Shown one piece after another: positions 45,612 to 57,228 of a DNA stretch of 64,000 bases. The stretch is from contig NC_043012.1 of assembly GCF_006345805.1 (NCBI RefSeq), positions 25,730,001-25,794,000 of the forward strand, written 5' to 3'. The position numbers and the translations under genes are program-made. Source of the DNA: Octopus sinensis (Eukaryota). The stretch's first letter is position 1; each line of letters opens with the position of its first letter. A model generated the notes under the pieces. That model ran no database searches. It saw only the letters and a list, made by a program, of their open reading frames with translations, and was not told the DNA's origin.

Positions 45612-45790
45612 TATATATAATACATGATATATGCATGTATATACATATGTGTATATATATATAATATATATAATACATATATATAGATGTATATACATAT
45701 GTATATAATATATATAAGATATGATATATATATTATATACATATATATGAATATATATATATATATATATATATATAGATATATATACCC
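45300..45790. repeat. Degenerate (TA)n array at the start of intron 1
   Basis: Direct reading. Confidence 0.9.
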
Positions 45791-45939
45791 GGATAAAGTA
45801 ATTTTTAAAAAATTTTATTTCGTTTACCGATGATTGTTGAAATAAAAGATGACCAGGAAGGAATAAAAAGAAACACAAGAAAATGAACAAGAAGAAGAAA
45901 GAATTAAAAAAAATATATATATTTTTTTATCAAACTTAC

Positions 45940-46557
45940 TGGAATTCTTGAGTAAGACGTAAGCCAGACATAGTCAGGTAAATCTGTGTCTCCTCTGTCG
46001 GTGCCCATATCAACTTGACGTTTACGGCGGTTTGTCACCGTGTCACTTTTATCACCTCCATCCGACACGCTATCCAATTCAGATTCAAAGAAACCAACTA
46101 CCTGTGAAGTATTGTTATGTTTTCTTTTTCTATGTTGGTACATGTTGTCATTATTACTATTTTTGTTGTTGTTATTATTACTATTATTATCATCATCATT
46201 ATTATTATCATCACCATCATACTTATTGCTCTCATTGTTGACATTCCTGTTGCTTTTTTTATCATTGCTGTTGTAAGTGTAATCGCTGTCCTTATCTGGG
46301 TTTACCAAAGTATATCTTTTCGTGGTTGATATCGGTTCAATTTTGACGCTGTCGCTCCCTTCATCTTCAACTATACGGAATTCGATCACTTCTCTTTTTG
46401 CTAGAATTTCCCTGGTTCTTCTCTCCTCTCTCAGATGTTTTACCTGGTTGTGTGTAATCCATAGGCCGGCAAAGATAACGACAATCAATGTACATATAAG
46501 AGCGTACAATACTCGGATATGTACACGTAGGTGGGACTCGCTGCTGTTCTGCGCCAT
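45940..46557 (-). CDS. First coding exon (206 aa) of a type II transmembrane protein with furin sites; probably colmedin/gliomedin-like or MACIT-type collagen
   Basis: The ATG at 46557 is the first in-frame ATG after an upstream in-frame TAG. A short N-terminal tail MAQNSSESHLRVHIR precedes the hydrophobic segment VLYALICTLIVVIFAGLWIT and a charged helix. Basic sites RKRK and RRKR follow, and the exon ends with VWLTSYSRIP. A perfect phase-0 donor CCA|GTAAGT follows (ACTTAC at 45934-45939 on +). The family assignment rests on this architecture and my recollection of the WLTSYSRIP motif, not on a search. Confidence 0.8.
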
Positions 46558-46814
46558 ATTCAATGAACCGAATCTCGTTCTCTCGCTCGCTAACTCTCCT
46601 TGTCTCCTCTACCTGGTTCTCTCTGTCGTAATATGGCTCCCTCTCCTCTCTCTCACACCCTCTGTCTTTCTCACTCACTTTGGTTATCTCGGAACCTCTC
46701 TACTTCGCTATAGCTCTTAATGGCCCTCTCTAGCTCTCTGTCTCTCTTCGTCTCTCTCGCAATCTGCGCTCACAGTCTGTCTGTCTCACTCTAGCTTACC
46801 CAAGCACTCCCAAG

Positions 46815-46849
<35 letters not shown>

Positions 46850-47378
46850 CTGTCTGTCTGTCTGTCTGTCTGTCTTGTCTGTCTGTCTGTCTCTCTCTCT
46901 CTGTCCCACTCTAGCTTTTACTGAGCCCCTCTCCTTCGACTTTTCTTCTCACTCACACTCTCTCACTCTGCTTTTTTTTCTTCTTATCTCTGTATGTATT
47001 ATATATATATATATATATCTACATATATATATATATATATCTTCTTTTATCTCTCTCACTTTCTGGATTGCTCTGTCCCACTCTAAATTCCTTCCTCACT
47101 CTCGTTCCGTCTCAATCTCTTTCCCAAGTCTGTCTCATTTTATGTCTGTCTAATTGTCCTTCACACTCGCTCACTTTCTTTCCTTCTTTCTTTCTCACAC
47201 ACTTCTTACTTCTTATCTGCCCCTTCGTCACCCGTCCACATCTCCCTTTCTCTTCTCACTCACTTCCTCTCTCTATATGTGTCTCTCTCACCCCCTCTCT
47301 CTCTCTCTATCCATATATATATGTATATATATATATATATATTACCCTTTCTCTCTCAGTTTCTACCTTCATTCACGT

Positions 47379-47449
<71 letters not shown>

Positions 47450-47759
47450 CTATCTACCAATCTTACTAACTTGCTAGGACTCCATCAGCCTCTTTATCTC
47501 CACCTTGTTATCTTTCCCTCTCTCTCTCACTCTTTCTTTTCCTCTTACACTGTGTCCATTCCTTCCTTCCTTCCTTCCTTCATTTCCTTCCTTCCTTCCT
47601 TCCTTTCCGTCCTTCCTTTCTCTCTCCGTAACTCGTCGCACGTTTCTCTTAATCCGCATGTGTGTGTGTGTCTGTGTGTATGTACGTGTAGTTTTTTTTC
47701 CCCTCTTTTCTCGCAATGCTTTCCTTGAAGTTGTCGCCGCAGAAGGCACTTCTCCAGTT

Positions 47760-48192
47760 GCAGTAGTAGTAGTAGTAGTAGTAGTAGTAGCAGTGGCAGT
47801 GGTGGTGGTGGCGGTGGTGGTGGTGGTGGCGGTGGTGGTGGTGGTGGTGGTGTTCTTGTTTTTGTGAACGTTTAAACTTTGCTACAATACAAATTTTTTC
47901 GGTCCTTCTGCCGTATTTACTTCAGCATCAGCTATCGTTCTGCAGTATCAGTACAGTTGGTATTCGTAGTATTAATTGTAGTGGTGGTAGTAGTAGGAGT
48001 AGTAGTAGTAGTAGTGGTGGTTGTGGTGGTAGTGGTTGTAGTGGCATAAGTATGTGGAGTTTTTGTTGTTGTATTTATAGCCTTAGTAGTAATAGCAGTA
48101 GAAGAAGTAGTAGTAGTAGCAGATTAATAGAAGTACTATCACCGGTTGTAAGTCTGGCAGTTGTATCGGAACTAGTAGTAGTAGAAGTATTT

Positions 48193-48235
<43 letters not shown>

Positions 48236-50460
48236 CAGTATTACAATAATTATTCTATGATGTCCTTGTGGCAAATAAAACAAACTACTACTACTATTAT
48301 TATTATTATTATAATTATTATTATTATTAGTAGTAGTAGTAGTAGTATTAGTGGTAGTAGTAGTAGTAATAGTAGTAGTAGTAGTAGTAGTCGCAACAGC
48401 TGCAGTAGTGGTGGTGGAGGCGGTGGTCGTAGTAGTAGTAGTAGTAGTTGCAGCAGCAGTAGTGGTAATAGTAGTAGTAGTGGTAGTAGTAGAAGTAGTT
48501 GTAGTAGTAGTAATAGCAGCAGTAGTAATAGTACTAATAGTGGTAGTAGTAGCAGCAGCAGTAGTAATGGTGGTAGTCGTGGCAGCAGCAATAGTAGTCG
48601 TGGTAGTAGTAGTAGTAGTTGTGGTAGTCGTAGCAGCAGCAATATTAGCAGTAATAGTAGTAGCAGTAGTAGTAGATCATTAGTGTGGTTAGTGTAAAAA
48701 AAGTCCAGGGTGTAGCGGTAGTAACAGTAAAAGTGGTAGTAGTACTTGTTGTAGCTGTGCTGGTGAGGCTACAGCGGTGTGAGGGTGGGGGCTCGCGATG
48801 AAGTTGTGACGATAGCAGCAGGGGCAGCGGTGGTGGTATTGATGGCGGTAGTAGTTGTTGTGGTAGTAGTGTATTGGTGGAGCTTTATAGCTTCGGTGGT
48901 AGTAGTGTGATGATACTATGATGTTTGTGTGGGAGGTAGTAGTCATAAGTTGTAATTGTAGTAGTAGTGGTAGTAGTAATAGTAGTGGTGGTGGTGGTAG
49001 TTGTAGCAGTAATAGTGGTGGTAGTTGTAGCAGTAGTAGTGGTGGTAGTTTTAGTAGTAGTAGTGGTGGTGGTGGTGGATGTAGTAGTTGTAGTAGCAAC
49101 AGCAGCAACAATAGTAGTAGTATTTGTAGTAGTAGTAGTACTTGCTGAAGTAGCAATAGTAGTTGCTGTAGTAGCAGCAGCAGTAGCAGTAATAGAAGTA
49201 GTAGTGGTATCAGCAGTAGTAGTTTTGGTGGTGGTGGTGGTGGTGGTGGTGGTGGTAAGAGTATTAAAGATGCCAGTGGTAGTTGTAGTAGTCGTAATAG
49301 CTGTAGTTAGCAGTTTATACATGGGGTGTTGGAGGTAGTACGTCTAAATAACAGTGGTATTGGTGTAAGTAGCAGTGGTAGTTGCAGTGATAGTGAAGGT
49401 GCAAGTAGTGCAGGAGGTTTTAGTGTTTGTACCAGTTGTAGTAGTAGCTGCTGCAGCAGAAGTGGTGTGGTAGTAGTAGAAGTAGTAGTAATGGCAATAG
49501 TAGAAACAACTGTGGCATAGTGTTGGTAGTAGTTGTAGTAGTGGTAGTTCCCGTAATGGTTTTAAAGGAAGTGGTGGCGTTTGCAGTAGTAGAGTTGTGT
49601 GGGAGGTAGTAGTGCTGTTGGTGTTGGGAGTTGTTATAGTTGCGGTAGTAGTATTAAGTGGTATGGGCAGTCATAGTGAGTTTTAGTAGTAGTATCAGCA
49701 GTAGTAGTAGTAGTAGTATTTGTTGGAAGTGGTAGCGATGGTGATAGTACAGTGTTGGTTGCAGTGGTGTTGTGCTTGTTGTCGATGGTGGTCGTCGTGG
49801 TGTTAGTGGTGGTATTTGCGGTGGTGGTGTCGGTGGAGGTATTTATAATGGTGGTATTAGTGATGTTGCTGCTGGTGTTGGTGGTTGTAGGCGTAGTGGT
49901 AATAATTGTAGAGGTGCTGGTGATGTTAGTATTGGTGGTAGTATTGGCATAGGCCGTGGTGGTGGTGGTGGTGGTGGTAGTTGTAGTGCCACAGGTGTTA
50001 GTGTTAGTGGTGATACCGATGGTCGTGTCGGTGATGGATGTGATATTGGTAGTGGCGGAGGAGGTTGTAGTGGTGGTAGTGGTGGCGGTAGGGGTGGTGG
50101 TGTGGTGGTATTACCGGTTGTGGTTGTGGTGGTGGTCCTGGTTGTGGTAGTTGTGGTGGTGGTAGTTATGGTGGTAGTAGTTGTGGTGGTGGTAGTTGTG
50201 GTTTGTGGTAGTAGTGGTGGTGGTAGTTGTGATGGTGGTAGTTGTGGTGGTGGTAGTTGTGGTGGTGGAAGTAGTGGTGATGGTAGTAGTGGTGGTGGTA
50301 GTTGTGATGGTGATAACTGTGGTGGTGGTTTTTGTGGTGGTGATAGTTGTGGTTGTGGTTGTTGTGGTGGTGATAGTTGCGGTGGTGGTAGTGGTGATGG
50401 TGGTAGTGGCGGTAATAGCAGTAGTGGTAAGAACGGTAGTGGTGGAGGTGATACTGATGA
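47760..50460. repeat. 2.7-kb degenerate (GTA/GTG/GCA/GTT)n trinucleotide field, including a 15-bp GGTGGTAGTTGT(GGT) minisatellite at ~50145-50400
   Basis: Direct reading; gives poly-V, poly-S/G and poly-T/H ORFs. Confidence 0.9.
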
Positions 50461-50814
50461 GTATGATTTAAATGGTGTCCTATGCTCCCTATTTCTTTTT
50501 CGGAAAGTTTTTTTCCCTCTAAAGTCAACAGGTTTTCATCTTTTGGTTTTCATCTTTGTGGTTCCATTACCCGCAAGAAATAACAGTCACATAGCATGCA
50601 ATATACACCCAAACGTCTTAACTAAAGAAGATGTGGAGATTTAAGTTCTAGATAACTAAAAATCAGAATGTATACGGTCGAAATGTCTTTGACCATTGGC
50701 CTGCCCGATGGTGGAAATTCTGGGACACATCAGTAACAACAGCAACAGCAGCAAAAGGGAAGGTCAATATGGTTTGGTATGTGTAACAGTGTAACAGTGT
50801 GTGCGTATATATTC

Positions 50815-51180
50815 TTTTACTCTTTTATTTGTTTCAGTCATTTGACTGCGGCCATGCTGGAGCAATGTCTTTAGTCGAGCAAATCGACCGCAGCACTTAT
50901 TCTTTGTAAGCCTAGTACTTATTCTATCGATCTCTATTGCCGAACCGTTACGTTACGGGGACGTAAGCGATGTTGGAGGGACAAACACAGACACACAGAC
51001 ACACAGACACACACACACACATATATACATATACATATATACGACGGGTTTCTTTCAGTTTCCGTCTACCAAATCCACTCACAAGGCTTTGGTCGGCTCG
51101 AGGCTATAGTAGAAGACACTTGTCCAAGGTGCCACGCAGTGGGACTGAACCCGGAACCATGTGGTTGGTAAACAAGCTAC
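50815..51180 (-). mobile_element. SINE family B
   Basis: GTTTCAGTCATTTGACTGCGGCCATGCTGGAGC...GGGACTGAACCCGGAACCATGTGGTTGG on +. Confidence 0.85.
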
Positions 51181-51424
51181 TTTATTTCATTAAGATTTGC
51201 CATAAAAGCATTACAAAGAGCAGCTTGCAGGCTGGACATATACATTGAACGGTGAACGGTGAAACAAGGATGATATTGATGAGAGAATGCAGAAAACGCC
51301 CGCCGGTTTTCTGCTTCTCTAAAACATTGTTCTTTTTTTCCCATCAATAACGACAATTATTGGACTTAATAGTCCATTACAAATATATATAATAAATTAT
51401 TCAATACACAGGCAATCCATAAGA

Positions 51425-52109
51425 TCAATCCTCCTCATCGGAGCCCCCAAGCAAATGACACACCGCCTGCAGGAAAGCCTGCATCGGCAGGTCGGGCCCC
51501 GGAAAGAGGAAAGCAAAATCTTCCTTATTACAGGACACCATGACCTCGAACAGCTCCTTCTGATTCACGACGTCCGCAGCCACCCCCGGAGGCCAGTCTG
51601 GACAGTCTGTACAAACCGAGTCCAATCGTTCTCGGCCTGGAAAACCGTCCAAGCACTTCTCGAGAGGCCCTTCCTTGAGATAGAAGACGACGGGTTTCAC
51701 GTCCTCCTCACGGGGAGGGGTCTCAGTACGCTCTGTCAGTGGCACAATTCCCACTGACAGAGCCTCTCGCTGCGGTGGCACACCATCCACCGGAGGAGCA
51801 TCGGATTCAGTCGGCGGCACAGCGACCGTCTCCCGTTTCTCTTCCTTCTCTTTTTCTTTCTTACGTGTGCGGGAGTCGGAGCCTCCACCGGCACACCCAG
51901 AGGCGGGTCCTCCTCCTCTCCCGCAACCTGCGCGTCTGTTGGTGAGCAACCATTGTTGCTCTTCTTTCTTTTTCTTCTCGTTTCTCCGCCGTTTCTCCCT
52001 GCAATGGGAGAGCAGAGGACACCTTCACCTTTCCCTGCTCCGGGACCTTACCACGGCCCCGGGGGCAGTCGTTCTTAATGTGGCCTGACTCCAGGCACGA
52101 GTGACACAT
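51425..52109 (-). mobile_element. GC-rich gag/ORF1-like retroelement fragment with a CCHC zinc knuckle (L1/Tx1-like), one frameshift
   Basis: ORF 52109-51861 starts CHSCLESGHIKNDC (C-X2-C-X4-H-X4-C). It overlaps a second-frame ORF 51949-51425 across an AG-rich tract. The segment is markedly GC-richer than its flanks. The stop is followed by a short AT-rich tail rather than ORF2. Confidence 0.65.
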
Positions 52110-52366
52110 GGGGGTGGATCAACTGGAACCCTCGTCGTCGCAAAAACCGACGGAGTGCCTCAAATCCTTAGCTAGATATTTCTAGCGTCGTACAGGTTTA
52201 TGGGTATTATTTCTCGACAGTTTACGCACATTAACGAAAGTATATACTCTAAAAGAGGCCATAATTGTTCGAAATATGCTCAACCAAGAATTCTTCAGAT
52301 GTATGTAATTATGTATGTATGTATGTATGTATGTATGTATGTATGTATGTATGTATGTATGTATGT

Positions 52367-52830
52367 AGTGTCAGGTCACTTTCGAGTGCTACTGGTAACA
52401 TGTAACCCAGTACAACCTGTTGCATGGTCGGGTCGTCGGCGACTAAACCGGCAACCCCACCAAGCTTGCTTGGTGAGGAGGGTGTTTATTGGACACCCTG
52501 CGGGATGAAAAACAAAACCCGTCAAAGGGCGGAGGAACTCTTGAGAGCCAACGGCCATCCAATAAATGTCTTAAGGCTGGATCATGCGCGGGGACATAGA
52601 AATAATCGGACTGAATACCCGATCGCGTGGTTAAACCATTGGGAGTGAATGACTCCTAGCCTTTGTTAGGGCATCCTTCGAGGAGAAGGTAACTCAGGTA
52701 ACTGGGATAACCCCGATATAAAACTGCGGCTCAGTGGTTACCGATGATGTTGACTTGCTCTTCTTTTCGGATTATGGCTGCTGTTGCTTAGTGAGTGGGA
52801 TTGACTCAGTGCACAGCCTTTCCCCACTTT
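52367..52830 (+). mobile_element. Interspersed non-coding repeat resembling a LINE (RTE-type) 5' UTR
   Basis: GCTACTGGTAACATGTAACCCAGTAC..GTTGCATG..CGACTA..GGCAACC recurs at 32685-32760 and 56538-56610. GGGCATCC..GGAGAAGG.AACTC resembles RTE 5' UTR motifs (inference). Confidence 0.55.
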
Positions 52831-53199
52831 AAAAAAAAATCTTCTTGCCCAGGCATTGCATGTATTATGTTTGTATGTTATTATTCAGTTTTATTTCAAG
52901 ATTTCTTGCCAATAGAGAAAGAACCGGTTTCTAACCTAGATTCAAAACTCCATTGGAATTTCAACTTCAGCAACAGGATATTTTTGTTTGTATGTATGCA
53001 TGGATGTATGTTTGTATGTAGGTATGTATGCAGATTTGTATGTTATTTTGTTTATGTATTCTCATGCATATACTTGCATATCGAGACAGGCTCATATATA
53101 TTTACATGATGAACTTCTGGAAGGTTTTACAGATTTTTACAGTTTTAGCTTTTGCCTTAATGGTTTTGAGAAGCTTAGTTTCTCAAGATTGGTATGTAG

Positions 53200-54370
53200 C
53201 CAGTGTGTTACTTATCCCAGTACCCCAATAATTACAGGTATAAACCAGAACTTGTAATCTGGATAGCGTAACTGCAGATTTCTCAATAGATCAGTCTATG
53301 TATTGTCTTTTTCGATGAGCTTTATGTTAACTTCCACTGGGCAGCTAATTTCCACAACTGTACACAATTTCTCTTCTCTATCCCAAATCATGATATTAAG
53401 TCTGTTGTGCTTACATTTTATTGAGGTCTTCACTGCAACATTTCACCAGTACCTCTTTTTATTATGAGTGGTCATGTCTTCTACCATACTATCGGTTTTT
53501 ATTTCTTTGTCCTTGGGGTTATGCTACCGACATATTTCATGACAGTGTATACTAGCTACAACATGTCTAATCGGTAGATAATACCGTGATGATATTTTCG
53601 AACAACTACTTATGATGTGGGTGATATATCCGGTGTTAAGTCCACAAAGTCTGCATCGGTTGTCACATTTTAATGCTTTTCCTGCATCTCTATCCCTTTT
53701 GGGCATCAGGTACTTGCTTGAAATTTCCTGTTCCTGGATTGCAAACGCATACCTTTCTATGAGTGAAGTCCGGCGATTGGTCCATGATACACTGCTTTGA
53801 TGGTTAACGTTACTATCTTTTCAGTATATCTGCTAACATATCCATGCATAATCTTCTGCTCATGTAGGCTCATCCTTCCACCTGATAATACGTTGCGCTA
53901 GATTCGTGCCACTTCTTTGGGTATGTATTCTAGATTATCAGACTAGTAAAGTTGCTTAAGATGCTGCCTTCCAAGTCTTATGATGTTATCAGCCTCATGT
54001 ATGCACCACTTCATTTGGTAGTTAAAAGATGCTGCCGAAGGGATATGATACAACATTCAAAGGCATTTTGGAACGATGTTAAGTCTCTACTGCCTTGTTT
54101 TCGTTTTAGGTTCAGGTGGTCTACATTGCTGTTTATGTGAAAATTGTGTGCTTGTTAGTATTTTTCGGGTTTTCTCATCAATGGCTTGGGTCGCATTACG
54201 CATTACGCTCAATCAAGCAACCCAAATAATGGTATGAGTGGTGGCACTGCAAACACATTGAGAGCCACTGTCTTATTGAATGCAGAGAGTTGTGAGGTCC
54301 AAATATTCTTTATTCCGCTGTATTATTCTTTAATGACACGTGTTTTGTTAAAGCCGCCATTGTAAGATAT
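53200..54370 (-). mobile_element. R4-clade RLE LINE fragment (RT C-terminus, zinc knuckle, nuclease), degenerate
   Basis: IWTSQLSAFNKTVALNVFAVP..DEKTRKILTSTHNFHINSNVDHL..; CRLCGLNTGYITHIISSC (CCHC); ..IPVIIGVLG. Multiple stops and frameshifts. Confidence 0.8.
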
Positions 54371-54668
54371 GTTTTCATCTACCCTTAGATGCCTATGCAT
54401 GTATGTATATGCGATGTACGTATATGTAAGAAGTTCTCGTATGTACGTGCGTACATTGGATATTTTATGCACTGTTGAAATATATCCAATATTGCATATA
54501 ATAATACAGTGTACAGATATTTCTTATATAATTTGTGATATATTTATCAAATTATATTTTCGGTTGAAACTATTTTCATTCGATTTTTTTGGTAATTATT
54601 TTAAATGCCAGTTTAATATTACACTATATTTATCTATCCAATGATAATTTTTTACGTATATATATTTT

Positions 54669-54711
<43 letters not shown>

Positions 54712-54901
54712 TGTGTGTGTGTGTGTGCGTGTGTGTGTGTGTGTGTGTATAATCATACAATAAATATACGTATGCCTTAAAACGGATATTTGCCGAAACA
54801 GGTTCATACGAATATATTTATAAACTGAAACAGGCAAGTCAATTTATATTGGCTGAAAACATCCCGGAAGTATATGACTACGAGTAAGGATATATATGGG
54901 A

Positions 54902-55283
54902 TGGAAGCCCTCCGTCGGTTACGACGACGAGGGTTCCGGTTGATCCGATCAACGGAACAGCCTGCTCGTGAAATTAACGTGTAAGTGGCTGAGCACTCCA
55001 CAGACACGTGTACCCTTAACGTAGTTCTCGGGGATATTCAGCGTGACACAGAGAGTGACAAGGCCGGCCCTTTGAAATACAGGTACGACAGAAACAGGAA
55101 GTAAGAGTGAGAGAAAGTTGTGGTGAAAGAGTACAGCAGGGATCACCACCATCCCTGCCGGAGCCTCGTGGAGCTTTTAGGTGTTTTCGCTCAATAAACA
55201 CTCACAACGCCCGGTCTGGGAATCGAAACTGCGATCCTACGACCGCGAGTCCGCTGCCCTAAACACTGGGCCATTGCGCCTCC
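54902..55283 (-). mobile_element. tRNA-derived SINE family D
   Basis: Head GGAGGCGCAATGGCCCAGTG..GTTTCGATTCCC. The 3' tail GGATCAACCGGAACCCTCGTCGTCGTAACCGACGGAG is also seen alone at ~52116-52160 (+) and ~37860-37910 (-). Confidence 0.75.
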
Positions 55284-55678
55284 ATAAGGATATATATATA
55301 TATATACGACACGTATCACACTACATGAGTGTGTTTCAAGTGAGTTATTGCGTGGGTGCCTTTTTCAGTCTGTGTATGTGTGTGTTCTTTGGGATGCATT
55401 TAATTATGTTTAACGTTAGTCCTGAGTATGATTTTAAGGTGCGCTTGCTATGAGGACTCGGTTCGAGAGCTTCGTGGCTTTTAGGAGTGTTGAACCACTT
55501 CGTAGCTGCCATTGTTCCCAGGTTTATTCATAGCCGGAGTAGTAGCAACTGTGAAGGTCCTAGCTATGGTTTAATTATTATGTTATAGAAAAACTACAAG
55601 CACAAACACCTCAATACTCTCGTCTACGGATGACTGATTATAAAAAAAAAGATAATGCCTTCGTACTGTATTGATGGT

Positions 55679-56260
55679 GGTTCTTTGTGTTTGAAGATCA
55701 AGTAGAAGATCAAGCGTCTAATACGAGAGAATTAGTGTGTGGCAGCTACTAGTATAGTGCAGTACATGCCGTTTTCGTCATTTTGCCATAGCTGCAGGGC
55801 TGTCCTTCCTGTCTACGTTTAGTTGTTTGGAAGCAAATGTCAATCTGCGCAATTCAATTCAACTCTTAAACTTGGAGGTTTAACTAGAGTGACCGAGCGG
55901 GTAAAAACGGCTACAATAAGCAGCAAACTGCCCTTAGACTCCGTCGTTGACACCCTTCCGCCAACTCTCCAGTACTCTAACATAATTCATTTTGGAAGCT
56001 ACTCCGATGTAGAACTTGCAGTTTGCTGGTTACTGCAACTGTCTTGGATCTTTCAGCCACGTTGCTTAAACCTCCAAATCTAAGAGTCGGGTTGAATCGT
56101 GCAGATTAACTCTCGCTTGCAAATGACTAAGCGCAGGCAGGAAAGAGAGCTGCGGAGAAAAGGTGAAAACGAAATGTACTAGACGGTACAAGTAGAGCTG
56201 CTGCTCCAAATTCTCGTGTATGTGCCTCTCTTCTGCACGAACTTCAGACACAAAGAACAG
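55679..56260. repeat. Old imperfect palindrome/foldback, arms ~250 bp, spacer 86 bp
   Basis: 55842-55931 aligns without gaps to the reverse complement of 56018-56107 at 65/90 identity. Similarity continues outward to GTTCTTTGTGT(T/C)TGAAG at ~55680 and ~56259. Confidence 0.7.
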
Positions 56261-56529
56261 ATATCATATTATGTATACAGTTTTTTCTTTATCATCATTC
56301 GTCCGTAGACGAAACTATAACATCTTCATATAGTTTTTAGTGTACAAAGTAGTATGAACAGGTTGCAAACCCTCGTTGAACAGGTTTTATTTCAGATATT
56401 TTCTTCGCCAAGGTCGATCGTTTTCAGTAAGACTAGTGGTCCTCATCTATCCTTGACTGTTTTGGATGGCCAATTATTCTTCTAACTTCCTTCATCCATA
56501 AACAGGTCTTGTCTTTCATCACTCGTGTC

Positions 56530-56645
56530 CCTTTGAGCCACTGGTAACATGTATCCCAGTACAATCTATTGCATGTTAGGGCCGTCGCCGACTAAATCAG
56601 CAACCGCACGAAGCCTGCACGGCGAGGGTTGATTTTTGGATACCA
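56530..56645 (+). mobile_element. Partial copy of the 52367-52830 repeat
   Basis: CCACTGGTAACATGTATCCCAGTACAA..GCATG..CCGACTAAATCAGCAACC. Confidence 0.55.
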
Positions 56646-56842
56646 TTTACATATATACGAGGGGAAGCTGAAAATTTCGTGAATTTTGATCAAAGAAAAT
56701 ACAGGAGGATCAGTTAATTATGATTTTATTCAACATATTCCACTTTCAGATTCACACATGTCAGAAAGAATGAATGCGTGCATGTGTGTAGCTAGAGCTC
56801 CGTTGATGACTAAGAGCCCCTTTCAACGATCGAAATTTTGTT

Positions 56843-57228
56843 ACTCTTTCACTCTTTTACTTGCTTCAGTTATTAGACTGCGGCCATGCTGGAGCACCGC
56901 CTTTAGTCAGGCAAATCGACTTCAGGACTTATTCTTTGTAAGCCTAGTACTTATTCTATCGGTTTCTTTTTGCAGAACCACTAAGTTACGGAGACGTAAA
57001 TACACTAACATTGGTTGTCAAGCGATGGTGGGGGTGGACGAACACAGACACACAAACATATACACACATACATATATACGACGGGCTTCTTTCAGTTTCC
57101 GTCTACGAAATCCACTCACAAGGCTTTGATCGGCCCGAGGCTATAGTAGAAGACATTTGCCCAAGGTGCCATGCAGTGGGACTGAACCTGGAACCATGTG
57201 GTTGGTAAGTAGCTTGCTTACACAGCCA
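56843..57228 (-). mobile_element. SINE family B
   Basis: Same modules as 50815-51180. Confidence 0.85.

Noticed and set aside
49772-50644. 290-aa Gly/Ser/Cys-rich ORF (GGSCGGG repeats) and a His-rich antisense ORF
   Set aside because: Explained by the GGT/AGT/TGT minisatellite. It starts at a non-ATG codon and all frames are low-complexity.
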